NCBI GenBank assembly: GCA_030141605.1
Contig: JAQGDQ010000152.1
Coordinates: forward strand, 310,001-374,000
Direction of reading: 5' to 3'
Origin: Tubiluchus corallicola
Taxonomy: Eukaryota > Animalia > Priapulida
Length of the DNA: 64,000 nucleotides
Below, piece after piece: positions 21,801-34,449 of this stretch. The translations under genes were made by a program, and so were the position numbers. Every line of letters begins with the position of its first letter. Within the stretch, counting starts at the first letter, position 1. The notes under the pieces were generated by a model. It saw only the letters and a program-made list of their open reading frames with translations. It was not told the DNA's origin and did not search any database.

Positions 21801-23910
21801 TCTGAAGCAAGACACTAATAGTTTGTTTAAACGGATGTGATGCTGACAAGCCACTGGCGTAGCAGTGTCTAGTTTTTTTGCTGGATTACTGCTGCGTTTA
21901 CCTGTCTGAAGACAGATTTCTTTTACTTTAGAATTCTGAGTCTAGTTTTTTTGCTGGACTACTGCTGCGTTTACCTGTCTGAAGACAGATTTCTTTTACT
22001 TTAGAATTCTGAGTCTAGTTTTTTTGCTGGACTACTGCTGCGTTTACCTGTCTGAAGACAGATTTCTTTTACTTTAGAATTCTGCGTCTAGTTTTTTTGC
22101 TGGACTACTGCTGCGTTTACCTGTCTGAAGACAGATTTCTTTTACTTTAGAATTCTGAGTCTAGTTTTTTTGCTGGACTACTGCTGCGTTTACCTGTCTG
22201 AAGACAGATTTCTTTTACTTTAGAATTCTGGATGCCCAATGTCTACAATAGACATGACGGGCGTATGATGATGATGAGTTTGTTTAAAATTTGTGCCCAG
22301 AAATCGCAACTGAATTGTGCTGATTGCATGCTGCTGTTTCAAACATTTTAATGATAAAGAACGAATGTATTAGGAGTGCAGAATTATTTAAATATATAAT
22401 TTTAGATTCGAGTCAAATTCTAAGTAAAAAAACTGTTTCAAATTGAATTTGGGCACATTTACATCTTCTTACCTTGAATGACATTTGATCTTCTGTGAGC
22501 AGTTTATGTAAAAAAGCAGATTTGTCAGTACGTAAATATCGCTCATTAAGGACTTTTTTTCTAATGCTTACTAAAACGCAAATTACTTTTTGGAACATTC
22601 TAGTGTTGTGCCGTGACTTTCATTGAAAGCATTAATGCGGAGTCGCTCAGCTTGTCTAAGGAAGAGTTTGACAGCTACATGTCTGGTGAGGCAACTCCAC
22701 CTGGTGGCTATGGAAACAGTGGTGTTATGTGTGAAGGTACGCAGTTATCCTTTATAATGACTTTAACATTTTAGCCTTGAAATAGAGGTATTGTGATGCT
22801 GCAGCAACTCCTGTTTTCACTCATTATTATCGATAATATTCAATATAATGTCTTTTTTCTTTAGTTCTTTCTTTATACTGGTACGGAACCAGAGCACGTG
22901 AGGGTAGTACTGTTTGCCTCACAGCCCAAGCAAAGTGGTGTTTGGCTGTTGTGAGCATGCGGCCATGCGCACGTGTCTGAACTAACACGCTGTATGCTAG
23001 CATCTGCTGCTAGGTAGAAAAGTACTGTCTCTATCACAGTAACCATTGCCACGTGCTTACAATCATATTCTTGGATGTGATAAAGTGTAAACTTAGCGTG
23101 TATGCTTTAAACATAAATTATTTAATAGTGGACGCCTTGCGTCCCAAAGAAATAACTTGTGTGACTGTAAGTGAACTACAACAGCTTAATTTTTCACAGT
23201 TGTCTCTCCATAAGAAAGTTACAAATAAGAAAAGAGGCCGTTCAACACCTGATCTTAAATATAACTACAGCATTAAAATTACATATGTTTGTTACGTTTT
23301 ACACAGTATTAAAAAAATGACTAAAAATTTTCTGAAGCAGCACCGCCACCAATTTCAGCTATGATTCGCCACTGCTTCATTGTCAAAGCCAACAGAGGAC
23401 AACATTTTCATGCCCGAATGCAGCATTCAACGACAGGGCCTTCTCAAAATAATATCTTTGGCAGGACTGAAACCTGGCTTATTATCAATAAATGCCTCTA
23501 AAACGAGCCACTGAACCAGTAGAGGTTTCTGAATCACATTTGGATGTATGCATCCTCCCTGGATGAAGTTAAAGCTCAGAATGAGCGTAGCAAATAAAAC
23601 CGCCCTGAGCGAGTGTCGAACTCGGACCGTTTTAAATACGTGCTTGTAAATTTCAGGCTTGAGACTGATGTACCAGAATCTGAATGCACTGGCGGAGTTA
23701 CGTTTGCGTCAAGAGACGCTAATGGAAAACACGTTGGCCCTCCAAGCCGAGATGAGGCAGTTTAAAGAATCAATGACGCAGGAGATACAGGACGTGTTAG
23801 CTAGAACACCGTGCACGATAAGAGCTCGGAAGAAAGTCGACATCGATGAAGCTGATGCTGAGGTGGAAAATCTGCCTCCGCCGCTATTGCCAACTCCAGC
23901 TACTAGCTAA
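12888..23910 (+). CDS. RABGEF1: Rab5 GDP/GTP exchange factor (Rabex-5): A20 zinc finger + VPS9 domain + coiled coil; 7 coding exons, about 490 aa
   Basis: Exons 12888-13084 ([24 protein letters not shown]20 ZnF), 14079-14224, 16192-16449, 17654-17881 ([18 protein letters not shown]), 18886-19142 (VPS9: PQDKLTCI...[19 protein letters not shown]...[10 protein letters not shown]), 22604-22736 (CCAVTFIE), 23657-23910 ([10 protein letters not shown]). Total 1473 nt, all phases consistent. Probable non-coding exon ending at donor 12004/12005 (GTG|GTAAGT), acceptor at 12865. Confidence 0.96.
13520..14010 (+). mobile_element. Decayed L2-type LINE 3' fragment
   Basis: [23 protein letters not shown]..., then disrupted LWNS.P and KTHLF-like segments, matching the L2 ORF2 tail. 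Confidence 0.5.
14509..14930. mobile_element. Tigger/pogo-like MITE, right end degraded
   Basis: TA|CAGTCAACCTCGGATATAAGG left terminus; repeated CGGATATAAGG subterminal motifs. Confidence 0.6.
15340..15925. mobile_element. Tigger/pogo-like MITE
   Basis: CCCTCGCTACTTCGCGG at the left, CTACTTCGCGGAAATTCACTTATCGCGGG and ...AAAACACTG|TA at the right. Confidence 0.55.
17042..17586. mobile_element. TTAA-targeting MITE with AGG termini (Kolobok-like)
   Basis: TTAA|AGGAAGACCGGACG ... CATCCGGTTTTCCT|TTAA. Confidence 0.75.
19161..20077 (+). repeat. 60-bp minisatellite, 15 copies, in a RABGEF1 intron
   Basis: Unit GCTGAAGTTGAGTCAGTTGCTACTACATCAGCTGACTCACACAGTAAATCAGCTAGCTCG, no indels. Confidence 0.98.
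20712..21246 (+). mobile_element. Non-autonomous Helitron-like element, copy 1
   Basis: (TA)n at the 5' end, GC-rich body homologous to 58240-58938, 3' end CCTTTGCTAG|T, no TIR or TSD seen. Confidence 0.55.
21868..22230. repeat. 73-bp minisatellite, 5 copies
   Basis: Unit TCTAGTTTTTTTGCTGGACTACTGCTGCGTTTACCTGTCTGAAGACAGATTTCTTTTACTTTAGAATTCTGAG. Confidence 0.97.
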
Positions 23911-24552
23911 AATTGATTCAGCGGATCGTGAACTCTGTTGTGATAAATTGTTTAGAAAATGTAAATTTGATTTTTGTGGCTTTGTAGTATAAAATTAAAT
24001 ATGTGTATTATAGTGACACTGTAGCTGTATCAATGTTCTAGTGTGAAATGCCATTATTATTTTGTATATAACGAATCACTTGAAATGCAGAAACATGTAC
24101 ATTAGTACATTAATGTACTTGATTCCATTAATTCATTGCCATTTGTGTTATTTTGTTGAAATAATAATTTTGACAAACTTTTTAACAAAAAAATCTTTTT
24201 TTGACATGTCATCATCTAGTCAACTAATTTAAAATAAATGTGACAATACCAAATGAACTATTATCAAAAATTTTTGCTATATATTGTCAGATATAAAGTA
24301 TAACTGGCTCACATTTGCTGTTGAAAATGATGTCGTTTAACCACAAGAATAGCAAAAATTTGTATGTGGATAGAAAATGACTTAATACTATGAGATGATA
24401 CTGTAGACATTTTTTTCCAATGAAGCCATTGTGTTTATACAGACAACATATCCATTCTTATGAACAGATTTGTTCGAAGAGTTACAAATATCCCGGTCTA
24501 AACCGTCTTCGTCTCGGTAAATGTCTGTGCAGCATTACAACTGCAGGCGTAC

Positions 24553-25037
24553 AAGATCTGATTGTATGTGTACAAAAGATCTAATTGTATGTATACAAAA
24601 GATCTGATTGTATGTGTACAAAAGATCTAATTGTATGTGTACAAAAGATCTGATTGTATGTGTACAAAAGATCTGATTGTATGTGTACAAAAGATCTGAT
24701 TGTATGTGTACAAAAGATCTGATTGTATGTGTACAAAAGATCTGAATGTATGTGTACAAAAGATCTGATTGTATGTGTACAAAAGATCTAATTGTATGTG
24801 TACAAAAGATCTGATTGTATGTGTACAAAAGATCTGATTGTATGTGTACAAAAGATCTAATTGTATGTGTACAAAAGATCTAATTGTATGTGTACAAAAG
24901 ATCTGATTGTATGTGTACAAAAGATCTGATTGTATGTGTACAAAAGATCTGATTGTATGTGTACAAAAGATCTGATTGTATGTGTACAAAAGACCTAATT
25001 GTATGTGTACAAAAGATCTGATTGTATGTGTACAAAA
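24553..25037. repeat. 23-bp minisatellite, about 21 copies
   Basis: Unit GATCT(G/A)ATTGTATGTGTACAAAA. Confidence 0.98.
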
Positions 25038-25799
25038 ATAGTCTATATCTTAAACCAACTATAGACTTTAATAATGTCATTTTGAGATAACTTATGCTAA
25101 ACAAACGATTTCCACTTACCAAAACTGAATTGACTTGTAATTTGATTTATTAATAAAAATTCAATTTCATTCGTTATAGACCGACACAGTGATACCTTGA
25201 CGTCTGCTGATTTTTAAATTGCAGATTCTACAGCCGATAAGATATGAAAGTCAAAACCAATTGAAAGTCTAGTATTATTGTACATAAACAATAAATTCAC
25301 AAAAAATCTCATAAAGCTCGCTTAACTGTCAGTCTTACTACTGTATTTCATGTGGGCGGCACGATTTAGTTTAAACACACAACAGAAATATTTTAAATAT
25401 ATTTAATCTTCCTTCAATAAAAAGGTTTGAAACAGAACCCCCAATACAGTGACAGATCTGTGTGATGAATTATGATGCCTCCTATTCAACTTAACTTTAC
25501 TTTTTATAAGCCATTTTTTCCTAATTTATAAAACAGTAAGCTTTGATGTCCAATACAGTAAATTACAACAACAAATAACAATGTATAGTATACCATATGA
25601 GATCGCAATTTCACAATTTACAGAATCTAGAAAAATTATGACACTATTTCATTACTTAGACAAGCAGTTGCTAAACAGCAATTAAAACAAAAATTTGTTC
25701 AATGGCACAAACTTAACAATTAAAATGCAAGTAAAAACAAAAAAACTATTTACAGTTCCTCACTTTCTCTCAAAGAAACCAGACTCACAGCGCTCCCGA

Positions 25800-26409
25800 T
25801 TTCGTTCAAGCCATACAGTCGATAAACATGCTAAAAGTTTGCCAAATGGTAATAAAACATTCGCGGGTGTTTGCTGTTGCCGTCAAAAGGTCGCCAGCTT
25901 TGGCAAAATTTTTAAAAATGTTCAGAGTTTTCCCCGGGAGCCGTAAAATTCACAACTTTGCGAGACCGTCGTAGTCTGAACGTGCTCCATACTGCGCAAA
26001 TAAGTCGCAAATTTTTTGTGTTCAAAATCTGAAAACATTTTTGTGACGCTTTTGGGAATGCTGCGACGACTTTGTGATTATATTTCAATGTTTTGGCAAA
26101 AATCAGTTGTCCACGCACTTCTTTTGGCGAAACTTCCGTGAAATTGTCATGGAATGATCGCAATATACTCGCACGAATGTCGTGCAACATTTGCCTTGTC
26201 GCAGAGATCGCCAAACATGCGCAAATACCATTCGCAATTTTCGCTGAAGAAAAACCCGAAATTCGGAAAAAGTGAAATTGTGTGGAATTATTTACAACTT
26301 TGCATGAAAGATTTGCAACAAAGACAGTCATGCGAACTTTTTGGCAACAGTTGGACATGGAAAATTTTGAATTGTCGCAAAAAATTTGCAGTCCCGTGAA
26401 ATCCTGGCT
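25800..26409. mobile_element. Probable DNA-transposon remnant (PIF/Harbinger-like right end)
   Basis: CpG-rich, many TCGCA/TGCGA motifs, ends ...CCCGTGAAATCCTGGCT|TAA; the left TIR was not found. Confidence 0.35.
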
Positions 26410-26897
26410 TAACAGAGCCAATCTGCACAAACAGTAACAGTTATGCAATTTCTGGATGTTTAAATGGTGTACTTTTTTTGCGTCTCAGAAACACAAGAAA
26501 AACAATTTCGATAAGAATTCAAGGTTACAACATTAGCGAAGACCCAGTTTTTACACCTATTAACTCAGAACCAGCTAATAAATGAATCGGCAAAGAAACT
26601 AAGAATTTTTAAAAGAAGATAACTTTCTTCCTGAACTTCAATGTAAATTTGATCTTTTATCAAGCTTACATAATTAAAAAACTCAATTGAATAAAAAAAT
26701 TAAAATCTTAACACTCAAGATTAACGCCAAACTTTACCATGTTCAAAAGGTGTAGCCCACGAAAGGTCATCACCATAATAGGCATTTCCGAAACATAGAC
26801 AGCATTGTTGTAACCTACAACTTTTGTTTGTAATAATGAATCTTGACATTATTATTCAAGATACACCTGCTTTGATTAATTATTAATTTTGAATACC

Positions 26898-28066
26898 CGG
26901 GGCTGGAAAAATCTTACAAATGTCCCAGGGACTAAAAGTTGGCATCCCAGTGATGGACAGATCCTATAGATTTAAGTATCTAGTATCCAGATAATTGCAG
27001 GGAGGGGGGGAGCTGGTTTGCAGCAAAGGGCCACGAAGATTTGAAAAGGTGGACTTATAAAATGTGAATTTTATTACAATTTTCACCAATTACATGTATT
27101 CCCATTGGTAATACAGCTGCTATCTTCACCATTGGTAATACAGCTGCTATCTTCAAACATTTTTAGTCATTGTTACAGACTCACTCATAGTAATAATCAG
27201 TAGTCTATATACACACCAAGCACACATGGAATTAAGCGAGTTAAAATTGTGATGCTTAGCGAGATAATTTTGCCTTATCTTAGGTACTGTTCCATAACAT
27301 TTCTTAAAACTATACTAAAAAGGACCCACTGATTTTGTTTGGTTTCGTTTATATCACTTTAACAGGGCACAACTTAAAACAATAATTCTGCAAAATATCT
27401 CACCTATCTAGGCACTTCTTATGACTGATGTTGCTTAACTAAAAAAAGGATGTATTTTTGAGTGTCAGAAAGGAATTAAACAGTGAAGTTTTTAAAACAT
27501 TAGCACATAATTTGTACTGGTTGGTGACCAGGCGGCAAGGCCAGTTGCTAGAGTAACTATAATAGTATAATTTGAAGCCAACAATCGCAAGATAACATTT
27601 CCAAGTTTGAACTATTATGCAATGAATCTTGGTACTTCTAATTGTTAGGGTTTGGAAGGTTAGCTATACTGCTGCAAAAATCAGTATATCTTATCTTTAT
27701 AACAGCAAGCCTATGTAGGGAACGAATGAGGTCGCTACAATAACAGTTCAGTTACTACCTGTGCAACTATTATGTACAAAATTACACCTGCACGTTTTGT
27801 CCCTGGTGACAAGTACATAGGGACAAATTGCAGCGTATGAAGGAACGTGGAAAAAATGTTACCTCTAGCAATAATTACGGTGTAACTTTGATGTGTATTA
27901 GACGTCTAGAACAGTTTTGCCTTTTTTATTAATAAAGAGAGAAGAACATCGCAAGTTTCTTTATCAAACTTTTGAAAAAATACTTTAAGAAAAAATTAAT
28001 GTCACTCCGCCAAAAGAAGTGTCCCGAGGACTGTGTCCGCCAGTCCGGCAAGATTTTCCAGCCCCG
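26898..28066. mobile_element. Second hAT-like non-autonomous element, about 1.17 kb
   Basis: TIR CGGGGCTGGAAAA(A)TCTT...AAGATTTTCCAGCCCCG; degenerate 8-bp TSD TGAATACC/CGAACACC; subterminal GTCCC/GGGAC motifs. Confidence 0.7.
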
Positions 28067-28965
28067 CGAACACCGCTACTAACATTAATGATCTTCGTAT
28101 AGATTGTGGCAAGTATATATAATAGTGCAGTTTTTACGATAACTAACAAATAATCACAGAACTAAAAAAAATAAGTGACCCGTTCCACTTGTGGCAAAAC
28201 AGGCAGACGCAGAAAAAAATTATGCAAGCATTTGCTGGCAATGTTACACTAGTGGCAAACAGATCAATTCAATATTTACAGTCACAATAAACACATGCTA
28301 ATTTGCTAACTTGTGCATCATAATGGCAAGAAGATGTAACACAAGTAATATTTACAAAGAATTTCTCAGATAACTCAGACTGTTTTACAACAGTTGACAG
28401 TCAATGCAAAACTGGACCAGACCGATACTAGCCTTTTTCAAAAAGACAAATCTTGACATTTGACATGATAAAAAATGAATATAGAACAAGTGCTGGACAC
28501 ACAAAGAAACAACTAAACCAAAATGAGGTCCATATCGTTAAGCACTTGATGACTCTAAACAGAGAACAATTTGCATTTTTTGTAATTATATGCACAAGGT
28601 ATTCAAGACTTTGTGTGATTAATAGGCCAGATTTAGCAACCCAAAACCTTACTCATCAAAATACCAGAATCTCTGATGGGTAGTCACCTCCATACAAATT
28701 GTTACAGTCATCCAGTTTAAGGACGACTTTACGTCAGTTGATACTTTTTGGTTAATTTTTTTCCATTCATCATTAATCTTCTTTTGAACAGGGTTTTCTG
28801 AATGAGCAAGATCGTTTGATCCATCCCAAGTTCCCAACAACAGCATTAAATTAACGACGCCTCTCTGTTATAACCACAAACTTTGCTGAATAAACGGTAC
28901 TTTTTGGCAAATTTATAGTATCCTCATTACAGCTGAATTACAATGGATGGACCACAGATTCCGTG

Positions 28966-31900
28966 TTACAAGGGATTGATGTTTCGCACGTCCGGCACGC
29001 TGTCTCCGTAACAATGCTTTGCTTTTGGATCGCGGTACGAGTTCTCATGCTGAACACTCTGAAATAAAGAACAATGAGATTATTAATGATGCAGAAGGAG
29101 TTGTGAAAAGTAAACGATTTTCCTTCAGCAAAGCTCCACAAAGTTAATTACCTTCGTTACTAACTTTGCAGAGTTTTTCAGGTCAAATTATGTCCAAAAA
29201 GAACAGTAGTGTCATTTTCATACCATAAATAGTGTTGCAGGTACAAATGTTATGGTCCATTACCCCTTCTCAAAGTAGTATATGTATTGGAAGCCACAAT
29301 ATATTAGACTGTAGTTCAACAAGCTAGACTACTTTTTCTACTCTGACATTGTATAGGAGGAACTTGTTATGTACACACGTCTCTGTTACATTTAAAATTT
29401 GGCTTTTAATTATACTGCTACCTCTTACTGACATTCTGGCTTTTTCTCGACTCAATATTGGACCAACAATGTATGTATGCATTTTTAGCTGTTTGGTGTA
29501 ACGTAGTCATCTGTAGCACTTATTTTCTAGCGCTTTTATTTCAGTAGATTTGTAGATGTAGTAATTGTAGACTACAGAAAATTTGTATTTTTGCAGAATA
29601 AACTACATAGATATGGGAACGCAACTTTGGTTTGAGCGTATACCATATTTTCCCGTGTATAAGAGACCCTTTTTTGCTCAGAATTTTCACTTTAAAAATA
29701 GGGGGTCTCTTATACATGGGAGTAAGTCTTTTCAATAAGATGCATAAATTGTGACACTAATGATTTTAAAGAAATAAGTGCTCTACAACTGTTTTGCGTG
29801 TCGCGTTCGACTATGAAGCGGTTGTAAGCAATACAAGCATCGTGACACAGACATTATCTCCTCGTTTTCTCTTTTCCTGTTACAGGTTTGCAGGTACGCA
29901 CTTTAATATATACCAGTACTCTTTTTCTACAACACATTAACTGGTTTTATTTTGTTTTCAGTACCGCACTGAGTTGAAAAAAGTTGTACTTTACCCTCTA
30001 AAAATGTCCGTCTGAAAAAACTTTTTTTCCAGAATTTTTGCCTAAAAATTGAAGGGGTCTCTTATACACAAGGGTCTCTTATACACGGGAAAATACGGTA
30101 CATTACAAATAGTATAATAACTAGCAAACTAAAATAAAAATGTCACTTGGCTATTGTATAGGATATAGATGTAATATGTGACACAATGAAGCGAAAATCA
30201 TGTAAAAACAAATTCACAAATATTCCAAATTACTAACTGACCAAGTTTTGCAAAATTCTATATATGAGGCTTACGATTCGATGTATAAAACAAACAGAAT
30301 AATAACACACCTGTGAGGACGTTCGACATTTTGCTAGACAAAGTTCAAAATGATCAGACACAGAAGCAAACAGTAGGTTGAATGCAGACGATGCCTTTTT
30401 TAACATTTCTTCCAATAGAGGTCTCTGTAGAAGTGCAAAAAGATTATTGAGATGTTATCTACGAACTAAGCATAGCAAGCATGTTGTGTACTTTTCATTA
30501 TTAACAGTTAAAAGAGCATTGCAAATAAAAATTCCACTAGTATATATAATAATATTCATTTTGTTTATTTTCAGACATAAAAACGTCCATACAGTTAGTT
30601 GCATGCAGTAAGTGATAAAAGATAAATATATATAAACGTTCATACAGGTAAGTTTGGTTACCTTCTTTGGATCAAGACAGCAAGAAATACAGTACTCGTA
30701 TATGGAGCAACAATTGTTTGTTAAACAAGTATCACACGAATACAATTTGGTACTAGGAGAATGAACATTACAACATCCACCGGACTGAACGTCACTTCTT
30801 GAACACACATAACCTGAAATTAAATGTAATATAACTAACTACAGGCAGAGAAACAGAGAATAAAATAAACTTGGTAAATGATTGTCAAATACAAGAAAGA
30901 ACCTGCTTTCAGAAGTCAACAAGCTTTCAGTTTCACAACCATTATCGAGCTGAAGAGAACAATCTTTCAAACAGAAAAAATGATTATCGCTTTGCCAATT
31001 ATTTCCAAATGACATCTCAGGTCAAGAACTTAAACACTTTGCCAATTATTAGATGTAGATTCATTCTTCAAACTGATACTTTCTTTCGTTTTGGTTACAT
31101 ATTTTGAAGGTACATTTTTTTCTTGCCAGTTTCTCTATTCTGTATTTATTTTCTGTATTTGTTTATTTTTATTTCATTTTTTCCCTCTTGCCCCAAAGCC
31201 AAATTATTTAATTTATTATTTTTTCTTTTTTTCATTTGCTTATGTTTGCATGATTTTTTTGTTGTTGCTACTACTTAATCAAATTATATGTGTGTTATTG
31301 TACAAGTTCTGACGTCATAGTTTTTATATTATCATCCATTTATTATGTTTTCAGTGTTCTCTATTAATTTTTGCAGTGCCTAAAACTTTTCGTTTATTTA
31401 ATGTGAGAAGGGTAGCTGACTTGATGACCAATTCATCCCTCGCTACCCTTTCTCCTACACCCCCCTGTAATTCATCTTCTGACCTCTTAGCACTTATACT
31501 GTTCTCAAATTATGTTACATACGTATTTAATTTTTGCCTGTACCCTATAAAATGTGTATTTTAAGGAGATAAACAAAAATTGTCTATGTCTATGGTACTA
31601 CTGTACATGATACGTATTCATTACTCGAAGTTCATCACTTTACATACAACAACAAAGCATCCTCTCCATGTTGCGGATTCACAACTGCCCTTTTTTGAAA
31701 TACGATATCACCACTGAATGAGCCATAGGAATTGTACTTCATGTCCACAATCAAACTCTTTCAGTCAAATGCAAAAATAGATCTATTTTTAAGAAAAGAG
31801 ACTTGGCCTTGCGCTTCTTTCAGAATAGTAATACCATAGGCTGCATAGCTGAGTCGTAGTAAAAAAGAAACTCTCATCAATTGGTTAGGTTACATGTCAT

Positions 31901-33449
31901 AATGTCATGCAGCAAAATTTCATATCAAATCAAGTGACAGAGTTCATAGAGCCACTGACTTTATCAAAATCTAAACATAACATTGGTGTATTTACACTGT
32001 GATATTGTATTAATCACCAAGTCCGTCAGTCAATCTAAAATGTGTTATTGTGCGATTCAACAAAATCTTATGACGCTCAGCTGCTTTGAAACAATAGAAA
32101 TTCAGACCTTATTTCTATGCAACTTCTGAGGAGAACAAGAAAAACTGTGTGAAAATGCTTCCTTACGAAATTCCAATTCAAATTCATATTCAAATTCAGT
32201 TTTTTTCACCAGTAAACAAGCAAACTACAATAAAATAAATATACATTTACAACTTTATTGTATAATTAAAAAAAACAAAAAATAAATAAAATAATTTCTG
32301 ACTCCCTAGAAATAGTATATTAAGGTGTTGATGTTTGCTAAAAAGGGACCTTGTTAAGCCGCCATGAAATGTGAAATAAAGAATGAAGTTGACGAGAAAA
32401 AAGGAGAATAAAGAGGAGCTATGTTGCAACTAGTAAAAAAAATGTAAGGAAAGAAGTCAAAAGAAAACACTAGAAACTAAAAGTAAAACGATCGTATGAA
32501 AGTTACCCCTTTCATCAGTAATAAGTGCTTTGCCTTGAACAGAATTCCGGCAGTTCTTCAGGTGGGTTGCATTTTTCTCATCAAAATTTGGTTGCCATTT
32601 GAAAGATTTCAACGTCCGCCTTGGAATGTCTGAGCCATGTAAAATTACAGATTCTGACTAAAAACAAATAAAACAACAAAATTTATTTGCCCTTATACGA
32701 CTATGCAAGTAAAGCTGAAGTACAGGGAACCGAGTTTCTTCTATGTGACCTATCATTGACCTTCTCACTCTATCAGTGACATTAAATAGTCGAGGCATTA
32801 TTAATTAGTTAGTTTAAAATCATTCTAATGAGTCAGATCTAACAATAACATTCGAAATGCTGAATTTGGTTAGCCATACAGCTACAAGGGAGTTTGTACT
32901 GTCTTGATCACTGAGGAATAGCCATAATAATTGTAGCAATTGTGACCACAATACTCAATAACCATCAACTGTGGCTATCATCTGCAAGGTATGGAACTGA
33001 ATTTAATTATTTGTCTCATACATCAATTTTATTACATAATAAAGTGCTAGTGAGCATTAACAAGTCAGAGAGAGAGAGAGAAAGAGGGTGGAGAAAGACA
33101 GCTCAAGAATATGGTAACCTAGTTGTCTCATTTGTCTTGTAAGCAGAACGTCAGTGGTTCAAATCCAGGCTGCATGTATTACAACTTTCTCACATTTCCT
33201 TCTCAAATTTGGTATTGAAATTTAGTTAATTCTGGATTTGTACCATACAAGTAGACTCTATTTTTTGCTGTTACAAACTCATTCATTTTACAGTATACAA
33301 AATAAACTAACCTACAAGTACAACATAAAATTACAAGTATAAATTAAAATTATTACCTGGCTGTACAAACTCACAATGCAATACACAAACGACGCAAAGA
33401 AAATCAAAAGAAGTACCCAGCGTTTACGTAAAAATTTGGGCACAAACAT
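28966..33449 (-). CDS. SPRING1: SREBP-regulating gene protein SPRING (C12orf49/UPF0454), 5 exons, about 200 aa
   Basis: Exons 33357-33449 ([18 protein letters not shown]..., N-terminal TM anchor like human LLRKRWVL), 32507-32657 ([16 protein letters not shown]), 30662-30813 (YVCSR...GCC...[13 protein letters not shown]), 30311-30424 ([15 protein letters not shown]), 28966-29058 ([18 protein letters not shown]...TAA). Total 603 nt, GT-AG phases consistent. Confidence 0.95.
29643..30098. mobile_element. Tc1/mariner-pogo MITE in a SPRING1 intron
   Basis: TA|CCATATTTTCCCGTGTATAAGAGACCCT ... AGGGTCTCTTATACACGGGAAAATACGG|TA, about 28-bp TIR with one mismatch. Confidence 0.9.
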
Positions 33450-33479
33450 TTATTAACGTAAACATAGTTTTATAAAATT

Positions 33480-33570
33480 AAAAACGGAAACTGTCAAACG
33501 ACAAAACAACAAAAGCACTTCGCAGCCATTTTTGCGGATTTCACAATACTGCGCCATCTCTCGGCTGTTA
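33480..33570 (-). promoter_or_regulatory. SPRING1 promoter/TSS region
   Basis: YY1-like GCAGCCATTTT (about 33522-33532) and CTCF-like GCGCCATCTCTCGG (33551-33564) about 75-115 bp upstream of the ATG. Confidence 0.45.
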
Positions 33571-34449
33571 CAACTTGCATAAAGCTTTGATTCGTGGTAA
33601 ATTTATAAATTTAATTTTGCACAATTTTATTTAATTTCACGGTTACTTCAAAGACAGGACACTTTTCAAAACACATTCATTATAACTTTTCTCCATTTGT
33701 AATACGACTAGTCATTTCCGAATTTAGTAATCCGGACACTATCCAATTTTATTTTTTATGTCATAATAAATCTGTCCGTTTCGTATTACACCCACATCTC
33801 GCATTGCCAAACCTTGTTGTTATGGATATTGGAAGAACTGAACAAAACTGGACCATCAAAAAGTCCTGCATATTACGGACACAGTATGTCATTTCGCGAG
33901 CTGACTACCAACTGGTGGGCTGTCACTTCCTTACAAGTAACGACTGTTATTTAACGTGGCTGTTTCTACGTATATTATAGTGCACAACAGCGATGTAGGA
34001 TGAAATAAATGTAGTAAAAGCTAATTGGTCACACAAAGTATCTACATGTGCATAAAAATATAGAGTCAGTTACGTGGTGCTATTTGAGCCATTTGCCTAC
34101 AGCTTTTACATACTTTTGCATAAGAGTGAATTGTACTAGACGTTTTTGAGACAATTAGGCAATTGATTATACATTACCATGAGGCTAATGCATTGTTCCT
34201 ACTGTATTAGCTTAGTATCGGTAAATACTGACAATCTTCAAATTCAAACCGACATCTCCCTGCTTTTGTCTGGCAAATTGAGAGATGAGTGTATTATTAA
34301 AACCAGTAACACAATAATTTTATGTGACAAGATTAAATTAATGATATCTGCACTTGTAATTGTATCTAGAATGCATCTGCACATCTGTATCTATAATTGT
34401 GTCACTGATTGTGGCATAGTAAGACTACATTTCAAGTATTTGATGTGGC

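Noticed and set aside
24535-25122. 23-bp array as a CRISPR-like locus or repeat protein
   Set aside because: Head-to-tail tandem units with no spacers, unit length not a multiple of 3, eukaryotic context, no cas genes.
25912-26448. 178-aa minus-strand ORF
   Set aside because: No recognisable domain; lies in a probable transposon remnant.
25146-27936. TTTATTAATAAA two-way poly(A) palindromes at 25146 and 27925 between convergent RABGEF1 and SPRING1
   Set aside because: Plausible by chance in AT-rich DNA; RABGEF1 has a nearer AATAAA at about 24233, and the second site is inside a transposon.
28649-28846. 65-aa minus-strand ORF just after the SPRING1 stop
   Set aside because: No recognisable homology or splice link; treated as 3' UTR.
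33100-33180. Possible tRNA gene (GGTTCAAATCC)
   Set aside because: No acceptor stem or cloverleaf could be built; more likely a SINE relic.
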